DNA from: Flavobacteriales bacterium
GTDB lineage: Bacteria; Bacteroidota; Bacteroidia; Flavobacteriales_F; PHOS-HE28
DNA length: 64,000 nt
Reading direction: 5' to 3'
NCBI GenBank assembly: GCA_016788635.1
Contig: JAEUSU010000004.1
Span: 37,018-101,017, forward strand
The translations under genes and the position numbers were made by a program. Under the pieces are notes generated by a model. It made no database searches. It was not told the DNA's origin and saw nothing but the letters and a program-made list of their open reading frames with translations. Below, in pieces: positions 20,036-29,174 of this stretch (its first letter is position 1; each line of letters opens with the position of its first letter).

Positions 20036-21343
20036 TCACCAGCCCACGCCAAGCACCACGCCCAATTGCTGCCCGCGTGCCTGCCGCGTGAAGAGGCCGA
20101 TGAGGTCGGTGCTGCGGACATCCAGATAGAGATGTCTGCCAAGTTCAAAGGAGGTTTGCGCACCCACCTGCCAGGTGCCGAAGCCGCCGTAACTCGTGTT
20201 CACACCTATATGGCAGCGACCCACATCCCGGGACGCATAGATCAGCGCGCGTGGCACATAGCCCGGCACCAGGCGCTGGTCCGCGGCCATGGTCCAGTGC
20301 CAGCGCAGGTCTCGGCTCAGCAGGGTCCATGAGGCGCCCACGCGCATGGGCAGCATGCGGTTGAAGGATCCTTCGCTGGGCGCCACCCCCAGGGTGTCCA
20401 GCAGGTCACCCTCGCCGATCAAGGGGTCGGGCAGGTCGAAGAGGTTCTCCACGGCAAGGCCCTGGAAATCGATCACGCTGTCCTTGTGCAACTGTTGCGA
20501 ACGGTTCCGCCAATGCACGAAGCCGAGGTCCTCAACCCAGACCGCCACCGCCATCGGGTGTTCCTTCCACGGCTTCGGGGTGAAGTTCCAGCGCCCGCTC
20601 GCGGCTAGCCCCCAGCCGTTGAAGAATTCGCTCTGGTCGGCACTGGCCCAATAGTCCCCATCCAGATCGGCCACCAGCGCGGTGCCGTTGGTGGCGGTGT
20701 GGAGGTCGGCAGTGCGCAGGCGCGAGGCGCTCAGGAGCTGTCCGTTCACCGCGTCCAGGCGGAAGAATGAGGCGGTGTGCTTGTCCTGCAGGCCGAAGCC
20801 GATGGTCTGGTAGCGCTGTTGCTCGTGCGCGCTCGGGGCCAGGCGTGCGGTGCTGTCCTCGTAGGCGGCATTGCCGAAGAAGGTCACGCGGAAAAGGTCA
20901 CGGGTGAAGCGCAGGCCGGTGATGTCGTGGTGTGCCACGGCCACCATGGGCCGCCAGCGGGAACGGCCCAGCATGCTGTCCGGCCCCACATAGGTGATCC
21001 GGAACAGGAGCTCCTGGCCGAAGCGGTTGTTGTCCCGCAATGCATCCGAGGAGCGCTGCCGCGTGGCCTGGTCCACATAGCCCCCGTCGCGCAGGCCCAG
21101 GATCAGGTCGTTGTAAACGGTGCTGGCATCGAACATTCCACTGGCCTCCACCCGCAATTGGTGCGGCTGCTTCCACATGCGGTCGGGGGGGGTGGTGCCC
21201 ACATGCCCCCGGTATTCGTAGTTCGCCTGGAGTTGCGTGGCACGGGAAGTATCCGCAGGCGAAGGGACGACTGGCTCCTGCGCATGGGCGAAGCCTGCAG
21301 ACAGCAAGAACAGAAGGAAGAGGGACCGCCTACTCGTTGCCAT
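20036..21343 (-). CDS. Hypothetical secreted / outer-membrane protein (435 aa)
   Basis: Signal peptide MATSRRSLFLLFLLSAGFAHAQ; alternating beta-strand-like composition and aromatic C-terminus (…VVLGVGW); in operon with the upstream lipoprotein and downstream sugE. Confidence 0.5.
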   Translation of the reverse strand: MATSRRSLFLLFLLSAGFAHAQEPVVPSPADTSRATQLQANYEYRGHVGTTPPDRMWKQPHQLRVEASGMFDASTVYNDLILGLRDGGYVDQATRQRSSDALRDNNRFGQELLFRITYVGPDSMLGRSRWRPMVAVAHHDITGLRFTRDLFRVTFFGNAAYEDSTARLAPSAHEQQRYQTIGFGLQDKHTASFFRLDAVNGQLLSASRLRTADLHTATNGTALVADLDGDYWASADQSEFFNGWGLAASGRWNFTPKPWKEHPMAVAVWVEDLGFVHWRNRSQQLHKDSVIDFQGLAVENLFDLPDPLIGEGDLLDTLGVAPSEGSFNRMLPMRVGASWTLLSRDLRWHWTMAADQRLVPGYVPRALIYASRDVGRCHIGVNTSYGGFGTWQVGAQTSFELGRHLYLDVRSTDLIGLFTRQARGQQLGVVLGVGW

Positions 21344-22997
21344 TCACCATGTAGCGGGCGCGGGCCGTGAGCTGTACTTCCATCCGGTAACTGTCCAACA
21401 GGCGTAGATGCTGGGTCTGGTCACTGGTGTTCAGCACGGTGCGTACGCGGATTCGGCCACCCACGTAGAGCAGGTCCACCTGTGCCGGGGTGAGCCGCGT
21501 GGTGAGCTTGCTGCGCACCGCGCTTTGCACCAGGCCATCGGCACCCAGAATGCCCGGGGCCACCGCGCCGGTCACCGGAAGCACGGACCAGACAACGCCT
21601 TCATCGTTCACGATCTCCAGCGCCAGGTCGGCAGCGAGCGGAAAGCCGTTGAGCACATGCAGCATCAGTTCGCCTTCCATCAGCGCGTGAGCTTCGGCAC
21701 TGCCCGGTAGTTCGCCGCTGGGCAGGCTCTGCTGCAGGGTGAGCCCTGTGACGATCACGCTCAAGGGCACTTCCAGCTCGGCGCGGGCTTCCAGTTCGCT
21801 GTCATAGTAAAGGAAGTCGTTGCCGTTGCTGATGTTGCCGAGGGGGTTCACCTCCAGGTCCAGCTCGTAGTCGAAAGCGTCGGGCATCAGCTCGATCATC
21901 TGGTCCACGTTGCTGTTGCTTTCGGTGAGCAGGTTCTCGTAGATGGCCGCCTGGAAGCCCCAGCCCAGGTCCAGGGCGCGGTTGATGTTGATGGGGCCGG
22001 TGACGATGGGATGGGCAAGGTCCGCCGAAGCGCCGGTGCTGCTGTTGCGCGCGCGCAGGTAGGCGAGGCGAACGCGCATGTCCGCCCCCACGCCATTGGT
22101 CACCACAATGCGCAGGCCCACCTGCTGCAGGTCGATCGCGCCTGCGATCACGGCGTCGAAGAGGCGGAAGTCCGAGGTTTCCGGCCCGATGTGCACGGTA
22201 CGCTGACCGAAGTAGCCTTTCGCGTATTGTGGAACCAGGCCCTGGTAGGCTACGATGGCGGAGATGGAATCTTGATTGGTGAGCAAGGCACCGCTGCCGT
22301 TGGGGTCCAGTTGCAGGTTCAGCAGGGTGGCCAGCGTGTTATAGGTGTTGAAGGCCGGGCCGGTGAGGTCGAATCGGTAGCCACCGATGTTGCGCTGCAC
22401 AGTGGCCAGGCTTGGACTGCCCGGGGTGCCGGCTAGCACGGTCTGCTGCACGCTGAGCACATTGCCTTGGTAATTGGCGCCGGGCAGGCTGAAGGTGCCG
22501 ATGATCACGCTGTTGATCTGGTTGCGCAGGGTGAGGTCCATCACCCCTTCGCGCAATTCCACCAGACGCAACTGCATGCCGTCCAGCTCGAAGTTGGTGG
22601 CATCGCTGTTGGTGGGCAGGGTGGTGCCGGCCGGCAGGTTCACCGGGCCGAAGGGCCACACATAGTCGTAGGCGATGGCCGTGTCAGGGATCGCCAGCAG
22701 CGTGTCCAGGTCCAGAACGAAAAGGCGGTCCGAGTAGATAAGCGTAATGAAGCCGTCTGGACCCACCTCAAAAAGGCTGTCCGGCGCCAGGTCGCGGATG
22801 GTAAGGGTGCTGCGGAAGATGGGGGCCAGCAGGTCCACGTCCCACTGTGGCTTCGAGTTCTCCTTTCGGCAGGCGGCCAGGGTCAAGGCCATGGCCATGG
22901 TCATCAATAAGGGGCAGGTGCCGTTCCCGATCCGGGCAGACTTCGTATGCGCTCTCCAGCTGGACATGGCGTTGCGGCGGCTCAAGATAGAAGGCAT
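21330..22997 (-). CDS. Hypothetical lipoprotein (~555 aa)
   Basis: Probable lipobox ...MTMAMALTLAAC. Start chosen at ATG 22997 (or 22967); the upstream part of the ORF-track ORF 21330-23567 is His/Gln-rich antisense of a membrane-protein gene and was discarded. Confidence 0.5.
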   Translation of the reverse strand: MPSILSRRNAMSSWRAHTKSARIGNGTCPLLMTMAMALTLAACRKENSKPQWDVDLLAPIFRSTLTIRDLAPDSLFEVGPDGFITLIYSDRLFVLDLDTLLAIPDTAIAYDYVWPFGPVNLPAGTTLPTNSDATNFELDGMQLRLVELREGVMDLTLRNQINSVIIGTFSLPGANYQGNVLSVQQTVLAGTPGSPSLATVQRNIGGYRFDLTGPAFNTYNTLATLLNLQLDPNGSGALLTNQDSISAIVAYQGLVPQYAKGYFGQRTVHIGPETSDFRLFDAVIAGAIDLQQVGLRIVVTNGVGADMRVRLAYLRARNSSTGASADLAHPIVTGPININRALDLGWGFQAAIYENLLTESNSNVDQMIELMPDAFDYELDLEVNPLGNISNGNDFLYYDSELEARAELEVPLSVIVTGLTLQQSLPSGELPGSAEAHALMEGELMLHVLNGFPLAADLALEIVNDEGVVWSVLPVTGAVAPGILGADGLVQSAVRSKLTTRLTPAQVDLLYVGGRIRVRTVLNTSDQTQHLRLLDSYRMEVQLTARARYMVNGNE

Positions 22998-23063
22998 CCT
23001 TTTCGCGGGTGGCACATCCGCGAACGTGCTACATTTCAACCGTCCTTTTCCGCAGTACCCCAC

Positions 23064-23513
23064 ATGTTGCTTTTGAGACGCCGGATCCTGGTGCCCTGGC
23101 TGCTGGCCTCGGTGGTCATGTTCGGCCTGTCCTTTCTGTGGCACGGGGTCTTCCTGCGTGACCTGGTGATGGTGCGCCTGCCCATGGGGCTCTACTTCAC
23201 GTTGGCCGCCCTGGTGTACCTGTTGGTGGGCATGGGCATCACCCTGGCGGTGCATCAGGCCATTGTGCACGAGTGGATCAATCTCAAGCATGCCTTCCCC
23301 TTCATGAGCATGCTGGTGGGTGCCATCGTGGGCTTCATCGTGTTCCTCATCGTCTTCACGCTGGGCTTCAGTTTCACCAAGGACGGTATGGTGCACATGC
23401 TGGTGGACGTGCTCTGGCAGATGTTCGAGCAGGCCATGGGCGGCCTCATGGTCAGCCTCGGCATCATCTACGACCTGCACCGTTCCTTCCTGGAACAGGA
23501 GCGGGCGAAGTGA
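23064..23513 (+). CDS. Hypothetical integral membrane protein (149 aa, ~4 TM)
   Basis: Strongly hydrophobic translation (MLLLRRRILVPWLLASVVMFGLSF...), divergent from the lipoprotein gene. Confidence 0.45.
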   Translation: MLLLRRRILVPWLLASVVMFGLSFLWHGVFLRDLVMVRLPMGLYFTLAALVYLLVGMGITLAVHQAIVHEWINLKHAFPFMSMLVGAIVGFIVFLIVFTLGFSFTKDGMVHMLVDVLWQMFEQAMGGLMVSLGIIYDLHRSFLEQERAK

Positions 23514-23517
23514 TCGG

Positions 23518-24804
23518 TCAGGCTCCATATGGGTAGCGCTTCTTCCAGACCTGTGCGAGCCAGGCACGCCATTCCTTTTCCCGTGGATTGTCGCCGGGCT
23601 CGTACAGCAGCTGGCCGTTTATGGCATCGGGCAGGAACTGCTGATCGCCCACGTGGCCGGGCTGGTCGTGGCTGTATTGGTAGGCCTGGCCGTAGCCCAT
23701 TTCCTTCATGAGCTTGGTGGGGGCGTTGCGCAGGTGTAGCGGTACGGGCAGGTCGCCACTGCGCTGCACCTCGGCCTGCGCCGCTCCGATGGCGGTGTAT
23801 GCACTGTTGCTCTTCGGTGAACAGGCCAGGTAGATGGCGCACTGGCTCAGGATGATGCGGCCCTCCGGCCAGCCGATCATCTGCACGGCCTGCATGGTGG
23901 TGGTGGCCATCAGCAGCGCGTTCGGGTTGGCATTGCCGATGTCCTCGCTGGCCAGGATCACCATGCGGCGCGCAATGAAGAGCGGGTCCTCGCCGCCCTC
24001 CACCATGCGCGCCAGCCAGTACACGGCCGCCTGGGGGTCGCTTCCGCGCATGCTTTTAATGAATGCGCTAATGATGTCGTAGTGCTGCTCACCCTGCTTA
24101 TCGTAACGTGCCGCGTTACCCTGCACCACCTGTTTCACCAGCTCGTCGGTGATCACCACGGGATCGCCGGTGGCGGCCTTCACGCACAGCTCGAAGGTGT
24201 TCAGCAACCGCCGTGCATCGCCGCCGCTGGCGCGCATCAGGGACGTGGTCTCGCGCAGCTCGATGCGGCGTTCATGCAATTCCGCATCCTCGCGCATGGC
24301 GCGGTGCAGCAGGTCCAGCAGTTCTTTTTCGGCGAGCGGGCGCAGGGTGTACACCTGGCAGCGGGAGAGGAGCGCACCGATCACCTCGAAACTGGGGTTC
24401 TCCGTGGTGGCGCCGATCAGGGTGATGGTCCCCTTCTCCACGGCGCCGAGCAATGAATCCTGCTGCGCCTTGCTGAAGCGATGGATCTCGTCGATGAAGA
24501 GCACGGCGCTACGCGCGAAGAGCCCCGCGCCGCCGGCCTTCTCGATCACCTCGCGCACGTCCTTCACACCACTGTTGATCGCGCTGAGCATGTGGAACGG
24601 GCGCTTCAACTCCTCGGCGATCAAACGGGCCAGGGTGGTCTTGCCCACCCCCGGCGGGCCCCACAGGATCATGCTCGGCAGCATGCCGCCGGCCAGCGCC
24701 TTGCGCAGTACGCCATGGGCCCCCACCAAGTGCTCCTGGCCCACCACCTCATCGAGGCTGCGCGGGCGCATGCGTTCGGCCAGGGGGGCGGGGTCGGGGA
24801 GCAT
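23518..24804 (-). CDS. rarA: Replication-associated recombination protein A (AAA+ ATPase)
   Basis: Walker A GPPGVGKTT, DEIHRF, GATTENPSFE and the conserved C-terminal MgsA domain. Start at MLPDPAP (ATG 24804). Confidence 0.9.
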   Translation of the reverse strand: MLPDPAPLAERMRPRSLDEVVGQEHLVGAHGVLRKALAGGMLPSMILWGPPGVGKTTLARLIAEELKRPFHMLSAINSGVKDVREVIEKAGGAGLFARSAVLFIDEIHRFSKAQQDSLLGAVEKGTITLIGATTENPSFEVIGALLSRCQVYTLRPLAEKELLDLLHRAMREDAELHERRIELRETTSLMRASGGDARRLLNTFELCVKAATGDPVVITDELVKQVVQGNAARYDKQGEQHYDIISAFIKSMRGSDPQAAVYWLARMVEGGEDPLFIARRMVILASEDIGNANPNALLMATTTMQAVQMIGWPEGRIILSQCAIYLACSPKSNSAYTAIGAAQAEVQRSGDLPVPLHLRNAPTKLMKEMGYGQAYQYSHDQPGHVGDQQFLPDAINGQLLYEPGDNPREKEWRAWLAQVWKKRYPYGA

Positions 24805-24934
24805 GGGGTGCAAAGGAAAGCAACGTGCGGGGCGGAGTGGGACCACCCGGTTCGGGTTGTTTGCCTACGTATGACTTTTTTACTTTTGCCGTATAAAATG
24901 AAGACTTCGCATTGAGTAACGACCGCTGCCGACC

Positions 24935-25198
24935 ATGGATGCCAAGATCACCCTCAGTTTTGATGCCGGCGTGGCCGAGCGCGCCAAGGCTTTCGCCGAG
25001 GCGAACAACATCAGTCTTTCGCGCCTCATCGAGTTCATGCTCAGCAAGGTGACCGACAAGCGCTACCGCAGCCTGGATGAACTCCCGGTCAGCGATTGGA
25101 TCCACCAGGTGGCGGAAGGGGAGGTGACCTATGTACGCAGGAACGCTGCCGGTCGGAATGTGAAGAAGGACTACCTGGCCAGCCGGAGGAAGCGGTGA
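24935..25198 (+). CDS. Putative type II antitoxin (DUF6364-like small protein)
   Basis: 87 aa; KITLSFDAGVAERAKAFAEANNISLSRLIEFML resembles Bacteroidota antitoxins encoded upstream of PIN toxins; paired with the downstream PIN gene. Confidence 0.55.
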   Translation: MDAKITLSFDAGVAERAKAFAEANNISLSRLIEFMLSKVTDKRYRSLDELPVSDWIHQVAEGEVTYVRRNAAGRNVKKDYLASRRKR

Positions 25199-25296
25199 GG
25201 GTCATTTTGGCGGCTAGGACACGGTGCCATGATCGATGGTCACAGTATGCGCAAATTCGAACGTGGCGTGCCACGCGCCGTAGTGAATAGTCTGCC

Positions 25297-25746
25297 ATGC
25301 CCCCCAAGCGCATCTTTCTCGACGCCAATGTGCTGGTGACGGTGCTCTGCAACGAGTACCCGCGCTTCAGCGCCTGCGCCCGTGTGTTGAGCCTGGCGGA
25401 CGATCCGCGTTTCACGGCCCACACTTCGCCGCTCTGCCTGGCCATCGGGGCCTATTTCGCAGAGAAGAAGAACGGCGGCAAGGTGGCACGCCGCAAGATC
25501 GCTCTGCTTGCCCAGAAGCTGGCCGTTACCACAGTTGGCCCGCATGCCGTGGAACGCACACTGGCCGATGTACGCATAGTGGATATCGAGGACGGTTTCC
25601 AGTACCATTCGGCCATCGATTCCGGCTGTACCTGCATCATCACCCACGACAAACGCAACTGGAAGTTCGCGGAGATCGAGGTGATGGACCCCGAGGCCTT
25701 TTTGCTGAAGTACGTGGTGGGCGAGGGCCGGAGGGGGAAGAAGTGA
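25297..25746 (+). CDS. PIN-domain (VapC-like) type II toxin
   Basis: N-terminal IFLDANVLV with conserved acidic residue, ~150 aa, follows the small antitoxin-like gene. Confidence 0.7.
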   Translation: MPPKRIFLDANVLVTVLCNEYPRFSACARVLSLADDPRFTAHTSPLCLAIGAYFAEKKNGGKVARRKIALLAQKLAVTTVGPHAVERTLADVRIVDIEDGFQYHSAIDSGCTCIITHDKRNWKFAEIEVMDPEAFLLKYVVGEGRRGKK

Positions 25747-25927
25747 CTCCAGCGCGCGAGCCTGTTCAAAACTTTTCCTGACGAAAAACTTGGCGGACCC
25801 GTCTCCGTGATGCTTAATTGTCCGTCGAAAAGTTGACGGAATATCCGTCAGCCGGTGGGGCCGGGCCCACCGACATGGAACGAACAACGAAGCAAACACG
25901 CGCCGGCGGCGCACAACACGAAGCGAA

Positions 25928-26944
25928 ATGGCCACGGAGATCAACAAGGAGAAGCTGAAGGCCCTTCAGCTGACGATGGATAAGATGGAGAAGACCTTCG
26001 GGAAAGGTGCCATCATGAAACTGGGGGATGATGTGGTGGAACAGACGGAGGTGATCCCCACGGGATCCATCGGTGTAGACCTAGCCTTGGGCGTGGGCGG
26101 CTTCCCCAAGGGCCGCGTGGTGGAGATCTATGGACCGGAGTCATCCGGCAAGACCACCCTGGCCATCCATGCCATTGCCGAATGTCAGAAACGCGGGGGC
26201 ATCGCCGCCATCATCGATGCAGAGCATGCCTTCGACCGGTTCTATGCCGAAGCACTGGGAGTGGACACCGAGAACCTGCTGATCAGCCAGCCGGACAACG
26301 GCGAACAGGCGCTGGAGATCGCCGACAACCTGATCCGCTCGGGCGCCATCGACATCCTGGTGATCGACAGTGTGGCGGCGCTTACGCCGCGTGCCGAGAT
26401 CGAGGGCGAGATGGGCGACAGCGCCGTGGGCATGCAGGCCCGCCTGATGAGCAAGGCCTTGCGCAAGCTCACGGGCACCATCAGCAAGACGGGCTGCTGC
26501 TGCATCTTCATCAACCAGCTGCGCGAGAAGATCGGTGTGATGTTCGGTAACCCCGAGACCACCACCGGCGGCAACGCACTGAAGTTCTATGCCAGCATCC
26601 GCATCGACATCCGCCGCACCAATCAGATCAAAGAGGGCGAGAACGTGATCGGCAACCGCACCAAGGTGAAGGTGGTGAAGAACAAGCTGGCCCCGCCCTT
26701 CCGCAAGGCCGAGTTCGACATCCTCTTTGGTAAAGGCGTGAGCAAGTCCGGCGAGATCATCGACATGGGCGTGGAGATGGGCATCATCAAGAAGAGCGGC
26801 AGCTGGTTCGCCTATGCGGACAACAAGCTGGGGCAGGGTCGTGATGCCGTGCGCCAGTTGCTGGAGGACAACCCGGAGCTCAGCGAGGAGCTCGAGAACC
26901 GCATCAAGGAGGTCCTCGGCAAGACAGAGCAACAGCCTGCCTGA
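25928..26944 (+). CDS. recA: Recombinase A
   Basis: [11 protein letters not shown] Walker [10 protein letters not shown]1/L2 loops, ~338 aa. Confidence 0.97.
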   Translation: MATEINKEKLKALQLTMDKMEKTFGKGAIMKLGDDVVEQTEVIPTGSIGVDLALGVGGFPKGRVVEIYGPESSGKTTLAIHAIAECQKRGGIAAIIDAEHAFDRFYAEALGVDTENLLISQPDNGEQALEIADNLIRSGAIDILVIDSVAALTPRAEIEGEMGDSAVGMQARLMSKALRKLTGTISKTGCCCIFINQLREKIGVMFGNPETTTGGNALKFYASIRIDIRRTNQIKEGENVIGNRTKVKVVKNKLAPPFRKAEFDILFGKGVSKSGEIIDMGVEMGIIKKSGSWFAYADNKLGQGRDAVRQLLEDNPELSEELENRIKEVLGKTEQQPA

Positions 26945-27078
26945 CCACCCGGGCCACTTTCCGCGGCGATCTCAGGTTGTGTGGAGTGTCGCATTCCGCG
27001 GAACGGCATCACCGGACCAGGCAACGTGCCATGAGGAGGATCCCGGCCGAGTACCTTCGGCCGGGATCTTTCCTTTTC

Positions 27079-28110
27079 ATGCGTCACCTCACCATCCTTC
27101 TGTTCGCGGCCGTGCTGGCCGGCTGTGATCGTCAGCCCAAGACCGCAGCGCCGGCGGAAGCGCCGGTGCTGGATGAGCTCTCCACGGCGCTGCAGGACAT
27201 GGAACAGCGCATCCTGCGCGATCCGCAGAACGCCGCGCTCTATGCCGAGCGGGCCCGCCTCTTCGAGCGCTTTGCCAAGCCCAACGAGGCCATTGCCGAT
27301 TGGAAACGCGCCCTTGCCGTGGACAGTGCGAACGCCGCGTACCACATCGCCTTGGGCGATCTGTACTACCACAGCCTGAAGGTGGATGAGGCGGACGCCG
27401 CCTTCAACAAGGCGCTGGCGTTGGAACCGGGCAACAACGAGGCGCGCTTGAAGGTGGCGGAGATGAAACTGATGCTGCGCCAGTACAAACCCTCGATGGA
27501 CCTGGTGAACGAAGCCTTGCGCAGCGATCCGAACCTGAGCCACGGCTATTTCCTGAAAGGTTGGATCTACATGGAGACGGGCGATACGGGCCGGGCTATT
27601 TCCAGCTACCGCACGGCGGTGGAACAGGAGCCGGACAACTACCGCGCATGGATGGAACTGGCCACCCTGCACGCGCAGCGCAGAGATCCGTTGGCCCTGC
27701 AGTACTACACCACCGCTCTTTCATTACAGCCCAACAGCGTGGAAGCCTGGTATGGCAAAGGCCTGTTCGCACAGGAGAATGGGCGTGACAGCCTGGCCCT
27801 GGCGTGCTACGACAGCATCAAGTACATCGACCCGCGCAATCCTGCGGCGTGGTACAACAGCGGCTATGTGCGGTTGGAGCATCTGAATGATGCGCTGCGC
27901 GCCGTGAAGGACTTCACAGCGGCCACCAAACTGGCGCCCAAGGACGTGAACGCCTGGTACAACCGCGGCCTCGCGTACGAGCGCAAAGGCTCACTGGACA
28001 GTGCCGCAGCGGACTACCGCCATGCGCTGGACCTGGAGCCGCGGTATGAGCCCGCCGCGATGGGCCTGCAGCGGTTGCAGGATGAAGGAGTGAAGGTGAA
28101 GGTGCGCTGA
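27079..28110 (+). CDS. TPR-repeat lipoprotein
   Basis: Lipobox LLFAAVLAGC; multiple TPR units (AYHIALGDLYY..., AWYNRGLAYERKG...). Start at ATG 27079. Confidence 0.7.
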   Translation: MRHLTILLFAAVLAGCDRQPKTAAPAEAPVLDELSTALQDMEQRILRDPQNAALYAERARLFERFAKPNEAIADWKRALAVDSANAAYHIALGDLYYHSLKVDEADAAFNKALALEPGNNEARLKVAEMKLMLRQYKPSMDLVNEALRSDPNLSHGYFLKGWIYMETGDTGRAISSYRTAVEQEPDNYRAWMELATLHAQRRDPLALQYYTTALSLQPNSVEAWYGKGLFAQENGRDSLALACYDSIKYIDPRNPAAWYNSGYVRLEHLNDALRAVKDFTAATKLAPKDVNAWYNRGLAYERKGSLDSAAADYRHALDLEPRYEPAAMGLQRLQDEGVKVKVR

Positions 28111-28166
28111 GCAGGGCCACGGCGTGGAGTGCCTGGTCATCCAATAGGCACGCGGGCAAACATGAA

Positions 28167-28208
28167 GAAGCCCCGTCCCGATGATCCGGGACGGGGCTTC
28201 TTCTTTTG
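28167..28208. terminator. Bidirectional intrinsic terminator between the convergent TPR and universal-stress-protein genes
   Basis: Perfect 14-bp stem GAAGCCCCGTCCCG-atgatc-CGGGACGGGGCTTC followed by TTCTTTTG. Confidence 0.75.
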
Positions 28209-28246
28209 AACCCTTCAAAAGAGTTCGAAGGACCCTGCTCGCGCGG

Positions 28247-29026
28247 TCAAACGCACAGCACGGGGATCCCCGGTTCGTTGGTCAGCAGGCGTTCCTTCTC
28301 GGCATCGGCGATCCAGCGGTACTCATCGCTGGCATGTGCCATGATGGCGATGCAGGCCGCACCGGCCCTGGCAGCATGCGCGATGGTCTGCATGGCAAAG
28401 CCGACGCTGAAACCCTGCATCGGTTCGTTCACCTCTTCATGCCGGATGCCTTCCTCCTGCAAACGATACAGCGCTTTGCGCTTGTTCTCCAGCAACTGGT
28501 CGCTGGGCGACTCGCCGGGCCGCATGATCTGATACACCTGCACGGAATTACCGCCCAGGCGCGCCAACATGCATACCGCATCAAGCAGGGGTGCGGTGTT
28601 GGCATGGCCGGATACGGGCATCACAAGGGGACCGTTGCCGAAGGCGGTAGTTGAATGCTCCTGCACCACCATCGATGGCACGGCGGAACGGCGGATCAGC
28701 TTCAGGATGTCCGCACCGAGCAGCGTTTGCCGCAAACCGCGTGCGCCATGGGTGCCACACACCAGCAGAGCATGCCCGCGTGCGCTCTCCAGGCCGATCT
28801 CCTCCAGGAAGTCGCCGTTGCGCAGCAGGGTGCGCATGGGGGCCTGGCCATTGGTGCGGCTGCGGAAGGCTTCCAGCGCGGCGGCGGCATCCTCGCTTTC
28901 CTCCTTCCGGTCGGTCACGTGCAACAGGGTCACTTCACCACCTGTGCGGCGGGCCAGGTCGCTGGCCAGGTCAGCGGCCACCAGGGCGGCTCCGCTCAGG
29001 TCTACAGGGCACAGCAGGTCGTTCAT
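28247..29026 (-). CDS. Universal stress protein (tandem UspA domains)
   Basis: UspA-like ATP-binding pattern (VMPVSGHANT..., C-terminal GSV/ARAGA... block). Start at MNDLL (ATG 29026). Confidence 0.75.
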   Translation of the reverse strand: MNDLLCPVDLSGAALVAADLASDLARRTGGEVTLLHVTDRKEESEDAAAALEAFRSRTNGQAPMRTLLRNGDFLEEIGLESARGHALLVCGTHGARGLRQTLLGADILKLIRRSAVPSMVVQEHSTTAFGNGPLVMPVSGHANTAPLLDAVCMLARLGGNSVQVYQIMRPGESPSDQLLENKRKALYRLQEEGIRHEEVNEPMQGFSVGFAMQTIAHAARAGAACIAIMAHASDEYRWIADAEKERLLTNEPGIPVLCV

Positions 29027-29174
29027 GAGTGAAGGGTGTGAGGGACAAAAAGAAGCACTGGCCGCGAGACGGCGAAACATGAAGCGGACCACGGTCGTGA
29101 TCCATCGGATCCCCAAAGTCAGGTGGGAGCGGGGAGGGGGGCCTCCCTACCTTGCACGCGTATTCATCCGATCC

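Noticed and set aside
22998-23567. N-terminal ~190 aa of minus ORF 21330-23567 (His/Gln/Glu-rich)
   Set aside because: Antisense to the hydrophobic membrane-protein gene 23064-23513. The credible lipoprotein start with a lipobox is at 22997.
28569-29174. 5' extension of + ORF 28569-31562 upstream of the LVIVD protein signal peptide
   Set aside because: Overlaps the universal stress protein gene on the opposite strand and contains no features. The genuine start with signal peptide is ATG 29175.
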